DNA from: a virus
Lineage: Duplodnaviria; Caudoviricetes
Length of the DNA: 40,773 nucleotides
Reading direction: 5' to 3' (one strand)
Virus record (IMG/VR): IMGVR_UViG_3300033067_000161
Location: 1 to 40,773 of that record
Shown: piece by piece, positions 18,994 through 28,464 of the stretch
Layout of the letters: each line of letters opens with the position of its first letter
Position numbering within the stretch: the stretch's first letter is position 1
Translations under genes and position numbers: made by a program
The notes under the pieces: model-generated
What the model was told of the DNA's origin: nothing
Seen by the model: the letters and a program-made list of their open reading frames with translations, nothing else
Database searches by the model: none

Positions 18994-19508
18994 CCACCAC
19001 TCCAATTCTTTCCTGCGTTATAGTAATCATCTAATCTGATAGCATAGATATTCATAATCTTATCAGTGGTCGGCTTCATAATACCTTGAGGCGCTTGCCG
19101 AGAAGACGGAGGGCCATACAGACCTTCTAGATTACCGATATAGTGAGCAGGGTTACCAATTATAATATCTTCACCTAAATTATAATTCATAAGATGAGTA
19201 TTAACAGCCCCTAGTGCAGTGTCCCCTGAGCCGATACCATATAATTCTTGCTTATCTAGAGTACCATCTAGAGCTACTTGCCAAGAACCTCTTGCATAGC
19301 CCTCTTCAGGTTTTAAACCCCAAATCTGTTGACGTTGTTCATATAAGGCTGGATACAAGCTTGAATCACCCAACGGTGTAAAGCCGATAGCTGCATCAGC
19401 TATGTTGAACGAAAACTTACGCACCATATTTTTTAGACGATTTTCAACATCAAGTTTCAAAGCTTCTAACTGTTTTGTAAGGTCATCAATATTTGAGGTA
19501 ACTTTCAT
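18984..19508 (-). CDS. Neck/tail completion protein (HK97 gp10-like)
   Basis: TP...G.ARGSWQV, N.A.YI..LE, S.QAP.G. Confidence 0.75.
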   Translation of the reverse strand: MKVTSNIDDLTKQLEALKLDVENRLKNMVRKFSFNIADAAIGFTPLGDSSLYPALYEQRQQIWGLKPEEGYARGSWQVALDGTLDKQELYGIGSGDTALGAVNTHLMNYNLGEDIIIGNPAHYIGNLEGLYGPPSSRQAPQGIMKPTTDKIMNIYAIRLDDYYNAGKNWSGGWQ

Positions 19509-19510
19509 AA

Positions 19511-19867
19511 TTATCCTTTAATTGCAATAAGCTTATAAAGAACTATTTCACCTCTAGCACTATGCTCTACAACTGAATCAATTTCAAAAGTCTCACCATT
19601 AGTTGTGATCTTGTCACGGACATTAGGTAAGAAAGCTAAATCTAGGTTAGTTAAATAAAACATGGCGGCATTTCTGCCGATTAAGTTTGGGTAATTATAT
19701 TGATTAGCTCTGATATGCTTCTTATACATTTTTACCGTATAGGTAGTATCCGTATTAGCTGTAGAACCAGTTTCAATATTGTACGTGCCTTCTGTCACCT
19801 TAGTATAGGTTACTGACTGACCATGTTGATCAATCATTCTTTTAGTTGAATTTAAAAATGGGTTCAT
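19511..19867 (-). CDS. Head closure protein
   Basis: I..HG..VT......G.Y..ETG pattern; synteny. Confidence 0.7.
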   Translation of the reverse strand: MNPFLNSTKRMIDQHGQSVTYTKVTEGTYNIETGSTANTDTTYTVKMYKKHIRANQYNYPNLIGRNAAMFYLTNLDLAFLPNVRDKITTNGETFEIDSVVEHSARGEIVLYKLIAIKG

Positions 19868-19874
19868 AATAACC

Positions 19875-20279
19875 TCAAATATTAAATTGTAAAGAAGGTA
19901 AACCTGTAGTGTCTTGTGATGGAGTAGTTACAATGTTATTATCTGCATTGGCATCGTTAGCTGCCATATCTGCTTTACTGATACCGCCAGCATAAGGCAT
20001 AGCGTTAGTATAGATTGGATTTAAATCAGGATTGCTAATATACATCTGCAAAGCTTGCATAAACTGTTTAGCTGATGAACTACCCTTAATGCTAAAGATA
20101 TCTACACTTTCGTCTGGTCGTAATGAGAGTTTCATTAACATTGATTTAGCAGCATCCAAAGAAGACCTGCGAATTGACCATTCATTTTTATCTAGAAAAT
20201 AACGATACTCTTCATCAGACATAATAGGGAAATTTACATCAGTATCCCCGAGTTCAATGCGTAAAGCTTTAATTGTCAT
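19875..20279 (-). CDS. Head-tail adaptor
   Basis: R.ELGDTD....SDEE....L and PYAGGIS; first gene after the capsid gene. Confidence 0.75.
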   Translation of the reverse strand: MTIKALRIELGDTDVNFPIMSDEEYRYFLDKNEWSIRRSSLDAAKSMLMKLSLRPDESVDIFSIKGSSSAKQFMQALQMYISNPDLNPIYTNAMPYAGGISKADMAANDANADNNIVTTPSQDTTGLPSLQFNI

Positions 20280-20341
20280 GATGTATCCTTTATGATAAAT
20301 TTCTTTTAATAACCTATGGTTAGATAAGTTATTAAAAGAAA

Positions 20342-20357
20342 GGCTCCCGAAGGAGCC
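20342..20357 (-). terminator. Intrinsic terminator after the major capsid gene
   Basis: GGCTCC-TTCG-GGAGCC-TTTCTTTT. Confidence 0.85.
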
Positions 20358-20373
20358 AATCTTATATCTAATT

Positions 20374-21387
20374 TTAGTTAGATGTGGTAACCTTAACCAC
20401 AGCAGCAGGGCGGCGAATTAAGTTTAAGAAGTTAGATTCAGTTTGGATTTGAATCTCAACGTCTTTAGGGTCACGATATGTGAACGCATAAGCTTCTTCA
20501 CCGAGCGTGTTAACGTGGCTGAAACGGTTAGCAGGTGAGAAATATGTCTTGAACATATCGCTTGTACCTGTTGGTAACATTACGCCTTCGCCAGCAGGGA
20601 TGAGGGCTGTACCGTTGTATGAACCACGGTATTCAATGTAAGTTACACCACCGTGTACGAAACGGCGGTATAAACCTGAACCGAGGCGTTGACGTAATGG
20701 CTCTTGTGTGCTAGTGTAATACTTGTAAGCTTCTTTAACAGTAGCGTGAGCGATTAACTTAGCGAAGAATGTTGGTGAGCAGAGAACGATTACTTCGTTT
20801 ACGACTTCACCAGTTAAGATGTTGTCTTGAACGTGAGCAATACCTTCTTCAGACTTAGCTAAGAGGTCAGTTGTAGTTGTACCTAAAGCGAAATCGATAG
20901 ACTTTTGTGTAACACCGAAGTCAGTGAAGAAGTTGCCAGATACTGTACCGTTTGGAGCGTAGATAGCACCAGTAGTTAAAGCATAGGCACGAGCAGCTTC
21001 AAGAGTGATAGCGTGGCTAGAACGGATACGCTCTAACTTACGTGCGGTAACAGCGGCTTCAGTTTCAGCAGCATCTGCAGAACCGTAAGCACGTTTACCT
21101 TGGATATCTTGAGGCTTGATAGCGTCATCTAATGGGAAGTGAGGGATTGGGAATGAACGGAGGTTACGTGTGTCGTCACTGTTCATAGTGTTACGAGCGC
21201 CGCGAACTTGGTCAGTTACAATACCTAATGTACCTTGAGTAGACTCAACTGTTACAGAGTGTTGTGATACTGGCTCTGAAGAGAAGATGCCTAATTCGTT
21301 GATTAGACCCCACTTATTAGGAACTAGTAATAGTTCTTGTGTGTAATCGACTAACTCAAATGGTTTTTCAAAACTGCGTACTTGCAT
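20374..21387 (-). CDS. Major capsid protein (lambda gpE-like family)
   Basis: F.IPHFP.DD.I.P.DIQG.RA.G, F.TYFSPA, QTESN.L....RP; strongly biased codon usage. Confidence 0.92.
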   Translation of the reverse strand: MQVRSFEKPFELVDYTQELLLVPNKWGLINELGIFSSEPVSQHSVTVESTQGTLGIVTDQVRGARNTMNSDDTRNLRSFPIPHFPLDDAIKPQDIQGKRAYGSADAAETEAAVTARKLERIRSSHAITLEAARAYALTTGAIYAPNGTVSGNFFTDFGVTQKSIDFALGTTTTDLLAKSEEGIAHVQDNILTGEVVNEVIVLCSPTFFAKLIAHATVKEAYKYYTSTQEPLRQRLGSGLYRRFVHGGVTYIEYRGSYNGTALIPAGEGVMLPTGTSDMFKTYFSPANRFSHVNTLGEEAYAFTYRDPKDVEIQIQTESNFLNLIRRPAAVVKVTTSN

Positions 21388-21418
21388 GTTATATATTCCT
21401 TATTATTTAATATTAAGA

Positions 21419-21820
21419 TTAGATTGCGTCATTAACTGCAATACCTTTAGCTTCGAGAGCAGCGTAGACTGCATTCTTTTCGGCTGTAAGGTTGTAAGAT
21501 GCATCTAAGACTAAACCAGCTTTAGATACGATAGCTGGACCTTTAATAAGGACGAGTACCTTGGTATCTGTTGCAGCAGCAATAGTTTCTTCACCGATTA
21601 CAATAGCGTCAGCTACTTGTGAACCGTCATCTTCAGTTTGTACAGCGATTTTATACTTGCCATCGGCAGTTACTTTACCTAAAACTGTACCGGGTACATA
21701 AGAAGCAGCGGCTGCTTCGTTAACTGTTACAACTGCACGAGTGTAACCAGTTTCTGCCCATAATTCTTGCTTAACTACGTTTGATAGACGTTTAGCTTCT
21801 GTTGCGAATGGATTTGCCAT
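21419..21820 (-). CDS. Head decoration protein (gpD-like)
   Basis: GTVLGKVTA.GKY...DGSQ.A.AI, L.A.GI; directly upstream of the capsid gene. Confidence 0.85.
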   Translation of the reverse strand: MANPFATEAKRLSNVVKQELWAETGYTRAVVTVNEAAAASYVPGTVLGKVTADGKYKIAVQTEDDGSQVADAIVIGEETIAAATDTKVLVLIKGPAIVSKAGLVLDASYNLTAEKNAVYAALEAKGIAVNDAI

Positions 21821-21841
21821 TTTAATTTTCCTTTAATTTAT

Positions 21842-22828
21842 TTACTTAGTATTTAGCTTGGCTTTTAATACTTTCGCCACAGCAGATTCTTGAATTGCAG
21901 GTTCTTCTTCTTGAGTTGAAGCACCCTTTTCAACAAACATCTCAGATGTTTCTACAGTAGTCATCATAGCTTGCATAGCAGCTAAGAAGGCTGTAAAGTC
22001 ATCTTCAGATTCTAATGAGAGAGCAGCCTTAGCGATTGCTTCTACTTTGCTTTCGTCTTTAACGATAGCTTTAACTTGTTCAGTTTTTGCTTTATTGATA
22101 GCTTCTTTTTTCTCAGCTTCAAATGTAGCAATAACGTCTAAAGCTTTTTGTAACTCTACTTTTTGCTCTTCTAGAGCTTTCTGTACTAGTTCAAACTGAG
22201 CTTTTTCTACGGTTTCGATTTTTACATCTTCATCCATCTTAGATTTCTCCAATTCTTCTTTGTTAACAGAGGTAGATACCTCTTCTTGAGTAACCTCGCA
22301 TGCGGGTGAGGTATCAGTACCTTCTGCAGAAGCAGCAGGTGCGGATTCGGTTGCTTTCTCAACAGACTTAAAAGCCTTTTCAAGTAATTCTTGATCGTTG
22401 AGCATAGCTAAATATTCTGTTTCATCTAATTCAGATAAGACTGTCGCAATACTTTCAGCTTCATGGGCAGATTTTAAAACCTCGAAAGCTTCTAGTTTAG
22501 ATTGAATATAATCTTCGTAATCTTGTGTCTTAACTTCATCGGTTGCTTCTGGCTTCTCGTAACCCATCATACGGGCGAGAACTTCAGCATCTTCATAATA
22601 CACTGAGAAAAACTTACGTAAGAAGTCTGGTAATTCCATAGTGACACGAACTTGTTGCATTTTCTCTACAAACTCTTCACTGAACTTATTAGCCTTAAGA
22701 ACTAAAGCATAGTCATGATTATTAGCAGGACCACCTTGCTCTTTTGAGACTAGGGCTACGTGAGCGCCTTCTTTTTCAAAGCTAATATCAGAGAGTTTTC
22801 TCTTTGCTTTGCGTTTAGTTGTCGTCAT
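21842..22828 (-). CDS. Capsid scaffolding protein
   Basis: Acidic coiled coil between the protease and decoration genes; N-terminal L.DI.F....AH.ALV...QGG.AN. Confidence 0.75.
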   Translation of the reverse strand: MTTTKRKAKRKLSDISFEKEGAHVALVSKEQGGPANNHDYALVLKANKFSEEFVEKMQQVRVTMELPDFLRKFFSVYYEDAEVLARMMGYEKPEATDEVKTQDYEDYIQSKLEAFEVLKSAHEAESIATVLSELDETEYLAMLNDQELLEKAFKSVEKATESAPAASAEGTDTSPACEVTQEEVSTSVNKEELEKSKMDEDVKIETVEKAQFELVQKALEEQKVELQKALDVIATFEAEKKEAINKAKTEQVKAIVKDESKVEAIAKAALSLESEDDFTAFLAAMQAMMTTVETSEMFVEKGASTQEEEPAIQESAVAKVLKAKLNTK

Positions 22829-23628
22829 TATTCTTCCTCTTCAATTGTTTCGACTGATGCTAAAGCACCAATACTTAAACCGTTAATATCACCTGATTTA
22901 ATCAGTTCCCATAGATTATCATCTAGGGATTGCACTGTAGCTAACCAAGTGCCTTTCTTAACGAATTTATCGCCAAGAACAAAATCAGTAGGGCAGCAAT
23001 AACTTTCACAAAACTCAAAAGTACTTGTTTCAACTAAATGAAACAGATTAGCCTTCATTGAATATTTATTAAAGTTATGACATGCTTTGCGAACTTCAGC
23101 TTCTGTAGTTGTATCACCGTGAGCATCGACCTCATCAGGGACCATTACAATAAAAGTTGCTTGTTTTAATTCTTCATCGACAGCTTTAGTAATAGGTAAC
23201 TTAACACCTAACAATTCGTCTTCAGAGTTTAATTCTTCGTCTGTAATTTCTTTAGTGTAGGACTTTACGATCTCTTCCTTCTTAAGGATTGATCTTGCCC
23301 ATGCTAAACCAGCTGAACCACCCCAAAGTAACCATGCTATAGTTCCTGCAGTAGGACCACCATCTGGCATTTTCTTTTTAGGTGCATAATTGTTCTCATG
23401 TCGGCTGAAGAACGAGTACATTCTTTTAACGGATTCTAAACTTAGATTACCGTTGATAATGTCTCTAGCTCTAGCTACGCCTGAACCAACGCCAGCATTG
23501 TTAGCTTGACCTGCGCTGAGGCCACCTCTATTCCACTTTTCACGTAAAGCTAAACCCCTACGTGCATTATTACGCATTGCGTCTGTGGGAGCAAAACTCT
23601 TAGCTTTATTTAATTGTTCCATGCTCAC
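22828..23628 (-). CDS. Prohead protease (XkdF-like) with an extra N-terminal domain
   Basis: C-half V.VPDEVDAHGD, N.FH, ESY, KKGTWL, W..IK.G...GLSIG; N-half RM.SFFSRH...IAW.LWGG.AG..WA. Confidence 0.8.
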   Translation of the reverse strand: MSMEQLNKAKSFAPTDAMRNNARRGLALREKWNRGGLSAGQANNAGVGSGVARARDIINGNLSLESVKRMYSFFSRHENNYAPKKKMPDGGPTAGTIAWLLWGGSAGLAWARSILKKEEIVKSYTKEITDEELNSEDELLGVKLPITKAVDEELKQATFIVMVPDEVDAHGDTTTEAEVRKACHNFNKYSMKANLFHLVETSTFEFCESYCCPTDFVLGDKFVKKGTWLATVQSLDDNLWELIKSGDINGLSIGALASVETIEEEE

Positions 23629-23651
23629 CTCTTTATAAGTACATAAACATA

Positions 23652-23680
23652 ATTATATCACATTTTTGTTAAGAAATCAA
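23652..23680 (-). promoter_or_regulatory. Sigma70-type promoter for the protease-scaffold-capsid genes
   Basis: TTGATT-17-TATAAT, with TGTGA before the -10. Confidence 0.75.
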
Positions 23681-23690
23681 GTGAAATGTA

Positions 23691-25370
23691 TTACTCACCG
23701 ATAAATTTAGCGATTAAACGCTCTAATTCTGCAATTCTATTGTCTTGTTCTACCACTCGTTTAGCCAAAGCAACTGCAGATACCATAGCTGCGCCACCAT
23801 AGTTTACTGACAAAATACCTTCAGAATCTTCTTGAATTGAGTTAGGTAATAAGGTTCTTAAAGATTGAGCAGAAACTCCATCCTGAGTTTTAGCAGCACA
23901 GTTATCAATTCGGTCATAAGTCCCATGTTTTACTTGTGAGAGTCTTTCGACAAAATCTGAAGGTAAAGCCCTCCAGTTTGTTTTTAAACGTTCGTCTGAG
24001 TTTGCTGTTACATTACCAGCAGCAATAAAGTTAGCGCCGTTATATGTTCTGACGTTGCCAGCTTCAGTTGCATAAATACCTACAGAGTAACTTGCGTTAT
24101 ACCAACCTGCTTGACCCTCTGATCTCCACCAACCATCACTTCCGTTAGTGTAAGCAGGAGCGCCAGTTAAGTATTTAGTATAACCTGTGGTTGTTGCAGC
24201 ATAACTCCCAATGTTTGCGGTTGTAATAATGTCATACCAACCATTCCAAGTTGTATCGATACCCTTGCGAATACGTAACTGAGGTGTACCACCACTATTA
24301 GCTGCTGTGCTTCCAAAGGCTAATTGATAAGAGGCATCACCTGTGCTAGATGTAGTACCCTCCCAAGGTGAAAAAGTCATAACTCCAGCAAAGTTACCAC
24401 CTGTACCTGCAGTACCTGCAGTAACGAAATCAAAAATTGCACTACGTGCTGACCAGTTTGGATTACGATCTGATAAATTACGAGGACCGTCTGGAAAAGT
24501 TAAATATTTAGCACTACCTGAAATTGAACCAGTACTAGTAATATAACCATTAGGGTTAGAACTATTGTAAGGTGTATATCCCAATGCCGTAGTTACTTGA
24601 CTAGATGTAATACCAGTTAAATAAGTGCTAGTATCCAATGTCCATGTATCGGCTGCAGTTTTCTTTAATAAACCTGATGTACCAGTTAAACCAGCAATTG
24701 CAGTTAGATCACCATCTTGAGGTTGATAGCTTGTGGTATCTAAAGCCCATGTATTTAAAGCTGTCTTTTTGAGAATACCAGATGTACCAGCTAGTCCTGA
24801 AATAGCAGTTAAATCAGCATCTACTGGTTGATAAGTAGAAGCAGCTGAAGTAGTGGTTAAATATGTATTAGTATCTAATGACCATGTATTAGCTGCCGTT
24901 TTAGTTAGAATACCACTTACACCAGTTAAATCAGCAATAGCAGTTAAATCACCATCTACAGGTTGGTATGCACTTAAATTAACTTCACCCCATGAAATAT
25001 CAGTACCATTAGTAGTTAGAAATTTGCCTGAATTACCTGTTTGATCTGGTAAGCCACTAGCACTGCCATTTGTTACAGAAGTAATACGCCCGTCTATACC
25101 AACGGTAATGTTTGCGTTTGTATAGCTGCCAGCGGATACTCCAGTATCACTCAAAGTTGTGGTAATATCCCCAGTTCCAGAACCAATAACAGCTCCAGTT
25201 AAATTAATCGTTTGCAGTCCAGCTTCAAAAGATGCTATAGTATTATCTACTTTTTTGTAGAATAACTTACCATCATTATAATTTAGAGCTAACTCACCAT
25301 ACTCCACATCACCAGCTACAGGAGCTTTATTTGGTACTGCAGAACGCTTTAAAATAATTTTACTTGCCAT
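23691..25370 (-). CDS. Fibre protein with Mtd-N-like N-terminus and C-terminal S74-like chaperone
   Basis: ILKRS..P......GELALNY.DGKLFY; three YQPxDxDLTAI..L.G.SG.L.KTA..TW.LDT repeats; SDERLK...GVSAQ. Confidence 0.8.
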   Translation of the reverse strand: MASKIILKRSAVPNKAPVAGDVEYGELALNYNDGKLFYKKVDNTIASFEAGLQTINLTGAVIGSGTGDITTTLSDTGVSAGSYTNANITVGIDGRITSVTNGSASGLPDQTGNSGKFLTTNGTDISWGEVNLSAYQPVDGDLTAIADLTGVSGILTKTAANTWSLDTNTYLTTTSAASTYQPVDADLTAISGLAGTSGILKKTALNTWALDTTSYQPQDGDLTAIAGLTGTSGLLKKTAADTWTLDTSTYLTGITSSQVTTALGYTPYNSSNPNGYITSTGSISGSAKYLTFPDGPRNLSDRNPNWSARSAIFDFVTAGTAGTGGNFAGVMTFSPWEGTTSSTGDASYQLAFGSTAANSGGTPQLRIRKGIDTTWNGWYDIITTANIGSYAATTTGYTKYLTGAPAYTNGSDGWWRSEGQAGWYNASYSVGIYATEAGNVRTYNGANFIAAGNVTANSDERLKTNWRALPSDFVERLSQVKHGTYDRIDNCAAKTQDGVSAQSLRTLLPNSIQEDSEGILSVNYGGAAMVSAVALAKRVVEQDNRIAELERLIAKFIGE

Positions 25371-25392
25371 TTTGATTCCTTAAGAAAGGGAG

Positions 25393-25418
25393 TAGGTGGT
25401 AAGAACCACCTATTTTTT
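25393..25418 (+). terminator. Hairpin with its T tract on the + (antisense) strand
   Basis: TAGGTGGT-AAGA-ACCACCTA-TTTTTT between the two fibre genes. Confidence 0.5.
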
Positions 25419-25420
25419 GA

Positions 25421-27706
25421 TTAATATGTTCCACCATCTAGGTCTGCCCAAACTGGAAGACCACTACCATTAATTTGTAGTACCTTACCTGCAGTACCTG
25501 CAGTAAGTTTAGATAGAGTGTTTGTATCAGAAGCATATAACATATCGCCTGTTGCAAAACTGGTTAAACCTGTTCCACCTTTAGTTGTTGCGATAGTATC
25601 AGCTGACCAAGTACCAGTAGTAATAGTACCTAGAGTAGTAATACTTGTTTGACCTACATATGTAGAGGCAATATCAATTGCGTCAGCAGTTACAGAAATT
25701 CTATCTGCAGTACCCACAGCTGAAATAACACCTGTATCAAATGTCAGGCCATTACCTGCAGCAGAGTCTGCCAAGCTGACTGCATTATCGGTTACACTAA
25801 TACCATTACCTGCGCCAACATCGAATGTTGTGCCTGTAAGCGTTAAACCTGAACCTGCTACATAAGCTCCTGCACCAGAGAACTGTGTCCAAACTTGACC
25901 AGAAAAACTTGATAGATAGTGATTAGTTTGCACCCACCCTGTTTTACCGTAAGTTACACCTTCCATAACATACACAGAAGCACCAACTAATTCAGTGTAT
26001 GTGTCTGCATCAGATGTACGATCTAGCGAGTATGTTGTACCGTTATCTGAATATATATATAAACCATTTTCAGAGTTAGTGGTTTGGCCTGTCAGTAAAA
26101 TACGGTAGCCATTTCCGTGGGCTTGGGTTAATGCACTGTGTCCGTCAATTGATAAGGTAGCTGTGGAGCCTGTTAAGGCTACATTAGCATCGGACATTAG
26201 ATTGGCAGCTTGCTTAAATGATAGACCTGTAATAGCATTATCTACATAAGCTTTATTAGCTGCATCGGTTGGGTTAACAGGAGTTGCAACACCTACAATC
26301 CGAGAATCGGTTACATCAACAACACCAGTACCTGTAGGAGCTAAGTTAATATTCCCGTTAGTATCTGTAGCGCCAATAGTATTACCATTAATATTGATAT
26401 TATCAACTTGTAATTCTGTAAGACCTGCTAGGCTAGTAATCGTACTCCCTAAATCTACAGAGCTAGTACCAATAGTTATAGAAGAGTGGACAAGTTTGGC
26501 ATTAGTAACACCAGCATCTTTAATCGTTACATCACCACTAGTTACATTAAAATTAGCAGTATTAAAAGTTGCAATACCCTTATTGGTATCACTAGCATCT
26601 TCACCTGAAATAGTAATTCTGTTATTAACACCACTAATTATAGTGTTGATACCTTCTCCACCAATGAAGCTAAGTGTTTCACCGTTGTTGAACACATCTG
26701 GAGTACCTGAATCTGCAGCTAAAGTGAATGACGTAGAAATAGAAGCTGTTGAAACAGCAGTAACAAGACCTTTAGCATTAACTGTCACAACTGGAACATT
26801 AGTTGTCGAACCAAATGTACCGATATTAGAGTTAACTGTGTCTAATACAACAGAGATACTGGTATTACCAAGATTAGTCATAGTTGCAGAGCCATCTACA
26901 TCGCCGCTAATAGTGATCGTAGGATTATTTACTGCAAAATCTAACTTACCATTTGTATCATCATAAGAAACTGTAATACCAGCTTCAGTATTAGTGGATA
27001 CCATTCCACCTACAATGTCCTGAATAGCTTCATGATTTAAACTGACTGCTCCAGAGTTAACACTGAAATCTGTAGAATCAAATGAAGCAGCCCCCTTCTG
27101 TGTAGAGGTTGCATTTCGGATAGAGAATGTAACTGTATCTGTTGTAACTGCAGTATCAAGAGCATCTACACCAACAAATGTTAATGTTGAACCAGTACTA
27201 AATGATTCTGAACCAGTGTCACCGTTGATAGTAAAATCACTCGGAGGTAGATCAGACCATGTTGTTACGCCAGCACCATCTGTTTTTAAGTATTGACCAT
27301 TTACTCCTGTAATATTAGGGAATGATTGTCCACTTAGAAATACGTGACCTGAGCCGTTAGGTAGTAAGTTAACATTACCATTAGCATCTGTAGCTGAAAC
27401 AGTGTTACCATTAATGTCGATATTATCGATCTTAATATTATCTAACTTACCGTTTGAATCGGTAATAAGAGCTGAACTTACAGTAAGCGTACCCTTAGTA
27501 TGGTCAAGCATGTCTGTAAAATACTTACCACCGATGACAATGTGATTTACAGCATTACCGTTGGTTTCTGTACCCATACCAATGTATAAGCGGTCACCAC
27601 CATTACTACCGTTGTCAATTAAGGCTGAATATGCCAATTCACCTTGCGCTAACGTAGAGGGATTACCTGAAACCTCTGAACGTTTAATTCTTACGATTGA
27701 TGCCAT
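25421..27706 (-). CDS. Fibre protein, 761 aa
   Basis: IRIKRS...L..GELAY...LYIG N-terminus; repeated DNI.INGNT..ATD.NGN.NL.P.G.G; DAANKAYVD; ends LDGGTY. Confidence 0.8.
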   Translation of the reverse strand: MASIVRIKRSEVSGNPSTLAQGELAYSALIDNGSNGGDRLYIGMGTETNGNAVNHIVIGGKYFTDMLDHTKGTLTVSSALITDSNGKLDNIKIDNIDINGNTVSATDANGNVNLLPNGSGHVFLSGQSFPNITGVNGQYLKTDGAGVTTWSDLPPSDFTINGDTGSESFSTGSTLTFVGVDALDTAVTTDTVTFSIRNATSTQKGAASFDSTDFSVNSGAVSLNHEAIQDIVGGMVSTNTEAGITVSYDDTNGKLDFAVNNPTITISGDVDGSATMTNLGNTSISVVLDTVNSNIGTFGSTTNVPVVTVNAKGLVTAVSTASISTSFTLAADSGTPDVFNNGETLSFIGGEGINTIISGVNNRITISGEDASDTNKGIATFNTANFNVTSGDVTIKDAGVTNAKLVHSSITIGTSSVDLGSTITSLAGLTELQVDNININGNTIGATDTNGNINLAPTGTGVVDVTDSRIVGVATPVNPTDAANKAYVDNAITGLSFKQAANLMSDANVALTGSTATLSIDGHSALTQAHGNGYRILLTGQTTNSENGLYIYSDNGTTYSLDRTSDADTYTELVGASVYVMEGVTYGKTGWVQTNHYLSSFSGQVWTQFSGAGAYVAGSGLTLTGTTFDVGAGNGISVTDNAVSLADSAAGNGLTFDTGVISAVGTADRISVTADAIDIASTYVGQTSITTLGTITTGTWSADTIATTKGGTGLTSFATGDMLYASDTNTLSKLTAGTAGKVLQINGSGLPVWADLDGGTY

Positions 27707-27716
27707 AATTTATCCT

Positions 27717-28103
27717 TTAATAATGCCCTGATTCTAGGCTCTGATTTGTTAGTTGGGTATTGGCAACCCATTTTTGGGATTGTGACGACCAAATAGGTAA
27801 TGAACCGTCCTGTAAATTTGAGATATCCATATCTGGAGCATCTGAAATATTTGTAGAAGCCCCTGTATCACCTTTATCGCCCTTCGGACCCATTGGACCC
27901 TGCGAAGCTTCAGTTATAACTTGAGTCTCGACCTGAGCTGTAATAATAGTATTAGTTTGATCTTCACTGACCAACAGTGTATCTGCTTCAGCTACAATAA
28001 TAACCTCTGGAACAGTCTCGTCCTGAGTCACAATTACACTAGTTATGTCACTATCTACAATTATTGTCTCAGAGTCATCTACGACAATAACATCTGTTGT
28101 CAT
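27717..28103 (-). CDS. Acidic virion protein with a short collagen-like segment
   Basis: Val/Ile/Asp-rich repeats, GPMGPKGDKGDTGA, ends LESGHY. Confidence 0.65.
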   Translation of the reverse strand: MTTDVIVVDDSETIIVDSDITSVIVTQDETVPEVIIVAEADTLLVSEDQTNTIITAQVETQVITEASQGPMGPKGDKGDTGASTNISDAPDMDISNLQDGSLPIWSSQSQKWVANTQLTNQSLESGHY

Positions 28104-28456
28104 CTAGTAACCTCTGGAACTGCAGTTACAGCGCCTTCAATAATACGGTATACTGAACCATCTAAAAATACCACTTCGAGGTCGTAAACACCTCGGTCGA
28201 ATGTGTATGCACTAGAAGTAACTGCTGCAATCTTAATGGTAAGTTTACCCTCTGCTGCATTAGTAATTTCTAATTTACCATTCTCTGTTGTCAGTGTGTC
28301 TAAAATCACAGAATCTGCTACTGATTTACGCATTTGCATACGTAAGGTACAACCTGTAAGATTTACAGGTGTAGCTGGATTCCCTGATTTCCATTGGATA
28401 GTTTTTACAAAGGTTGAACCTTTATATATTGTTAGTTCGATATTTGCTGGTTGCAT
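28100..28456 (-). CDS. Fibre adaptor/collar protein (BppU-N-like Ig fold)
   Basis: I.KG.TF...W....P.NLTG....MQ.R...G.YDLE....G...RIIEG......EVTR. Confidence 0.7.
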   Translation of the reverse strand: MQPANIELTIYKGSTFVKTIQWKSGNPATPVNLTGCTLRMQMRKSVADSVILDTLTTENGKLEITNAAEGKLTIKIAAVTSSAYTFDRGVYDLEVVFLDGSVYRIIEGAVTAVPEVTR

Positions 28457-28464
28457 ACGTTTCC

